Below, in pieces: positions 60,846 through 64,000 of a stretch of DNA of 64,000 nt. Under the pieces are notes generated by a model that was given only the letters and a program-made list of their open reading frames with translations, was not told the DNA's origin and ran no database searches. A program made the position numbers and the translations under genes. This DNA is from a virus. Location of the stretch: IMG/VR virus record IMGVR_UViG_3300046468_001139; one strand, 5' to 3'. Each line of letters starts with the position of its first letter. The stretch's first letter is position 1.

Positions 60846-63800
60846 ATGGCTTTAGTATCACCAGGAGTACAGGTCAGCGTTATAGACGAAAGTTTCTATA
60901 CCCCAGCTGAGCCAGGTACAGTACCAATGATTTTTGTTGTTTCCGCACAAGACAAAACGAACGGTGCTGGAACAGGAACTGCGGCGGCAACGACTGCGGC
61001 AAACGCAGGTAAACCTTATTTGGTTACCTCACAGAGAGAATTAACAGACTTGTTTGGAGATCCAACTTTCTATACGGACACAAACAACAATGCACTACAT
61101 GGTAGTGAATTAAATGAATACGGGTTACAAGCGGCCTACTCATACTTAGGAGTAGCTAACAGAGCTTATGTAACTAGAGCAACACTAAACACATCAGAGC
61201 TAATTGCTTCTGCTACGGCGCCAGCGGCGAATCCAGCAGATGGAACATATTGGTTCGATACAGCAAATAGTGTGTTTGGTATTTTTGAATGGAACGGCGC
61301 GGCGGCTACTGTTACTGGTGGACAGAGCTTTACTAATAAAGTTCCTACAGTAATTACAGATACTACTAAAGTAACAGGCGGAGTACCAAAAACTTCTGTT
61401 GGTGCAATTGGTGATTACGCTATTGTTGCTACTACTACACTTAACAAATTGTTCTACAAAAAGAGCGATGGTAGTTGGGTACAAGTAGGATCAACAGCAT
61501 GGATTAGTGCATGGGCAACTGTAACAGGAACGATTTCAAATCCAACTGTTTCAAATGGTGCTTCAATGAGCATTAACGGTACTGTTGTAACAAGTGGCGG
61601 AACAGCATTAAGTGATGTTGTATCAGCTATTGGTTCAGCAGGTATTGCTGGAGTTAGTTCAGCAGTAGTTAACAACAAATTAGAGATTTACTCAACAGGC
61701 GTAGACGTTGTATTAGCAACTAACGCTTCAACACTATTAGCAGAGATAGGTTTAACGGCGGCTACTTATAAAGCACCTAAAAATACTATTGCTCCGCATA
61801 CTAGTGTACCTGAGTACAAGTCAACAGATACTGCTCCAAGACCAACTGGAAGTATTTGGGTTAAAACTACACAACCTAACTTAGGTGCTAACTGGAAAGT
61901 TAAAATGTGGAACGCAACAACTAGCTTGTGGGAAACTAAAGCGGCTCCAATGTATGCATCACCTGAGGCGGCATTACACGGCTTAGATAAAGCAGGCGGT
62001 GGTAAGAACTTAGCAGTTGGAACTGTTTACATCAAAACTAACAATGATGAAGCAACTGATCCAATTGGTGACTTTAAAATACACAGAAGACAGTCAACAG
62101 GTAATACTAAAATTACTTCAGACATTATTACAACACAAGTAGTTACAGGAACTTATGCATTTGATATTGCAGAAACTGTTCCAGCAAGTGCTACGTTAAG
62201 TGCGGCAGTAACAGTTAGTGTAACAACTAACGGTGCGGCTGACGATGCAGACGATATTGCAGGCGCAATTAACTCCGCAGGATTAACTAACGTTGTAGCA
62301 AGTGTTGACGCTTCAAACAGAATAGTTATTGAACACAATGACGGTGGTGACATCCACATTACAGATACTAACAGCGGATTAGCTTTAGCAGGATTTGTAG
62401 CTTACAATGGCTCAAATGCGGCAACAGCAACTCCAAACTTATATACAGATGCTTCAGGTAATGCATTTGATATGGTTGCTAGTAACTGGAAATACTTAAC
62501 ATACACACCAAGTACAACTGCTCCAACAGCATTAACAGCTGACGGTGCATTATGGTACAACAGTATTGTAGACGAAGTAGACATGATGATCCACAATGGT
62601 ACTACATGGGTAGGATACCAAGACTCAACAGCACCGTTCTACGATGCTAATAGTGCAGACAAAACTGATCCAAATGGACCAATTGTTAGTGCTACTGAGC
62701 CTACTAAACAGTCAGATGATACTGATCTTAAAAATGGTGACATTTGGATTAGCACAGCAGACTTAGAAAACTATCCAAAAGTTTACAAATACAACGCTAC
62801 TTCATTAAAGTGGATTGCACTTGATACAGGTGACCAAACTACTGAAGATGGTATATTATTTGCAGATGCACGTTATGGTACAAGCGGTGTTAACGGTGAT
62901 ACAGCGGCAACGATCCCAGCATTACTAGTAAGCAACTTCTTAGACTTTGACGCTCCAGATCCAGCACTATATCCAAAAGGTATGTTGCTATGGAACACTA
63001 GACGTTCAGGATTTAACGTTAAGAAATATGTACGTAACTACATTGATACTACAGGACTTAACATTAGATTTAACAATGACGAGTCAATGGCGGCATACGC
63101 AACTAACAGATGGGTAACTGAATCAGCTAACCAAGAAAATGGTGCAGGCTCATTTGGTAGAAAAGCTCAACGTAAAGTTGTAGTACAAGCATTACAAGCA
63201 ATGGTTAACAGCAACGCTGATATTAGAGATGATAATTCAAGAATCTTTAACTTAATGGCTTGCCCAGGTTACTCAGAGCTAATTGGTGAAATGAAAACAC
63301 TTAACTATGATAGAGGCATTAGTGCGTTTGTTGTAGGTGACTTACCGTTTAGATTAACACCAGATGCAACAACATTAAACAACTATGCAACTAACGTAAA
63401 TGGTGCAGTTGAAGATAATGATGATGGACTTGTAACATACGATGAATATTTAGGTGTGTTTTATCCAAGTTTATTCACAAGTGATAACGCAGGTAACAAC
63501 GTAGTTGTTCCAGCAAGTCACGGTATCCTAAGAACAATGGCATTAAGCGATCAAGTATCGTTTCCATGGTTTGCTCCAGCAGGAACAAGACGTGGTGGAA
63601 TTACAAATGCTTCAAGTGCAGGATACATTACAAGCGAAGGTGAATTCCAAAGCGTAGCACTTAACGAAGGACAGCGTGATACATTATACGGTAATGCTAT
63701 TAACCCTGTAACGTTCTTAAGTGGTGCAGGACTTGTTAACTTTGGTCAAAAGACAAGAGCTAAAAATGCTAGTGCTTTAGACAGAATCAACGTTGCAAGA

Positions 63801-64000
63801 CTAGTAATTTACTTACGTTCGCAGTTTAACAAACTTGCTAAACCTTATATCTTTGAGCCAAATGACAAAATCACACGTGATGAGATTAAAGCACAGGCAG
63901 ATAGTTTACTATTAGAGCTAGTAGGACAAAGAGCATTATATGACTTCTTAGTAGTATGTGACGAAAGTAACAATACTCCAACAAGAATTGATAGAAATGA
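60846..64000 (+). CDS. gp18: tail sheath protein (partial, runs off window; not in ORF track)
   Basis: MALVSPGVQVSVIDES start; PWFAPAGTRRG, RINVARL, FEPND, DFLVVCDESNNTP. Confidence 0.93.
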   Translation, partial: MALVSPGVQVSVIDESFYTPAEPGTVPMIFVVSAQDKTNGAGTGTAAATTAANAGKPYLVTSQRELTDLFGDPTFYTDTNNNALHGSELNEYGLQAAYSYLGVANRAYVTRATLNTSELIASATAPAANPADGTYWFDTANSVFGIFEWNGAAATVTGGQSFTNKVPTVITDTTKVTGGVPKTSVGAIGDYAIVATTTLNKLFYKKSDGSWVQVGSTAWISAWATVTGTISNPTVSNGASMSINGTVVTSGGTALSDVVSAIGSAGIAGVSSAVVNNKLEIYSTGVDVVLATNASTLLAEIGLTAATYKAPKNTIAPHTSVPEYKSTDTAPRPTGSIWVKTTQPNLGANWKVKMWNATTSLWETKAAPMYASPEAALHGLDKAGGGKNLAVGTVYIKTNNDEATDPIGDFKIHRRQSTGNTKITSDIITTQVVTGTYAFDIAETVPASATLSAAVTVSVTTNGAADDADDIAGAINSAGLTNVVASVDASNRIVIEHNDGGDIHITDTNSGLALAGFVAYNGSNAATATPNLYTDASGNAFDMVASNWKYLTYTPSTTAPTALTADGALWYNSIVDEVDMMIHNGTTWVGYQDSTAPFYDANSADKTDPNGPIVSATEPTKQSDDTDLKNGDIWISTADLENYPKVYKYNATSLKWIALDTGDQTTEDGILFADARYGTSGVNGDTAATIPALLVSNFLDFDAPDPALYPKGMLLWNTRRSGFNVKKYVRNYIDTTGLNIRFNNDESMAAYATNRWVTESANQENGAGSFGRKAQRKVVVQALQAMVNSNADIRDDNSRIFNLMACPGYSELIGEMKTLNYDRGISAFVVGDLPFRLTPDATTLNNYATNVNGAVEDNDDGLVTYDEYLGVFYPSLFTSDNAGNNVVVPASHGILRTMALSDQVSFPWFAPAGTRRGGITNASSAGYITSEGEFQSVALNEGQRDTLYGNAINPVTFLSGAGLVNFGQKTRAKNASALDRINVARLVIYLRSQFNKLAKPYIFEPNDKITRDEIKAQADSLLLELVGQRALYDFLVVCDESNNTPTRIDRN

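Noticed and set aside
1-64000. Alternative genetic code
   Set aside because: Standard code gives full-length conserved proteins; TAG and TGA act as real stops (e.g. 2987, 41733, 43490)

Overview
The window is part of a large, AT-rich T4-related (jumbo-type) myovirus genome, almost entirely the late virion-morphogenesis region. In order it contains: probable internal head proteins; a gp26-like baseplate-hub chaperone with a gp51-like ORF; a tape-measure-like gene; the head module (portal gp20, acidic core protein, protease gp21, scaffold gp22, major capsid gp23); about 38 kb of tail, baseplate and fibre genes (three of 1779-2571 aa, plus three Cys/Gly-rich proteins paired with tail-assembly chaperones); modification enzymes (GT9-like glycosyltransferase, carbamoyltransferase, methyltransferase, HldE/HldD ADP-heptose enzymes, cupin, two 2OG-Fe(II) oxygenases); NUDIX; gp15/gp14/gp13; dNMP kinase; a degenerate HNH; and a tail sheath gp18 running off the end. 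TAAATA late-promoter motifs precede most operons. The most notable observations are: (1) a T_TTT_TTC slippery site plus hairpin predicting a lambda G/GT-like -1 frameshift that fuses gp26 to gp51; (2) a promoter-driven, about 215-nt structured ncRNA candidate after gp23, plus two structured leaders; (3) a Cys-rich fibre/chaperone cassette and a blue-copper virion domain; (4) a putative virion heptosylation/carbamoylation pathway; (5) apparent avoidance of GCWGC throughout the window. All calls come from reading motifs by eye; no searches or folding programs were run.
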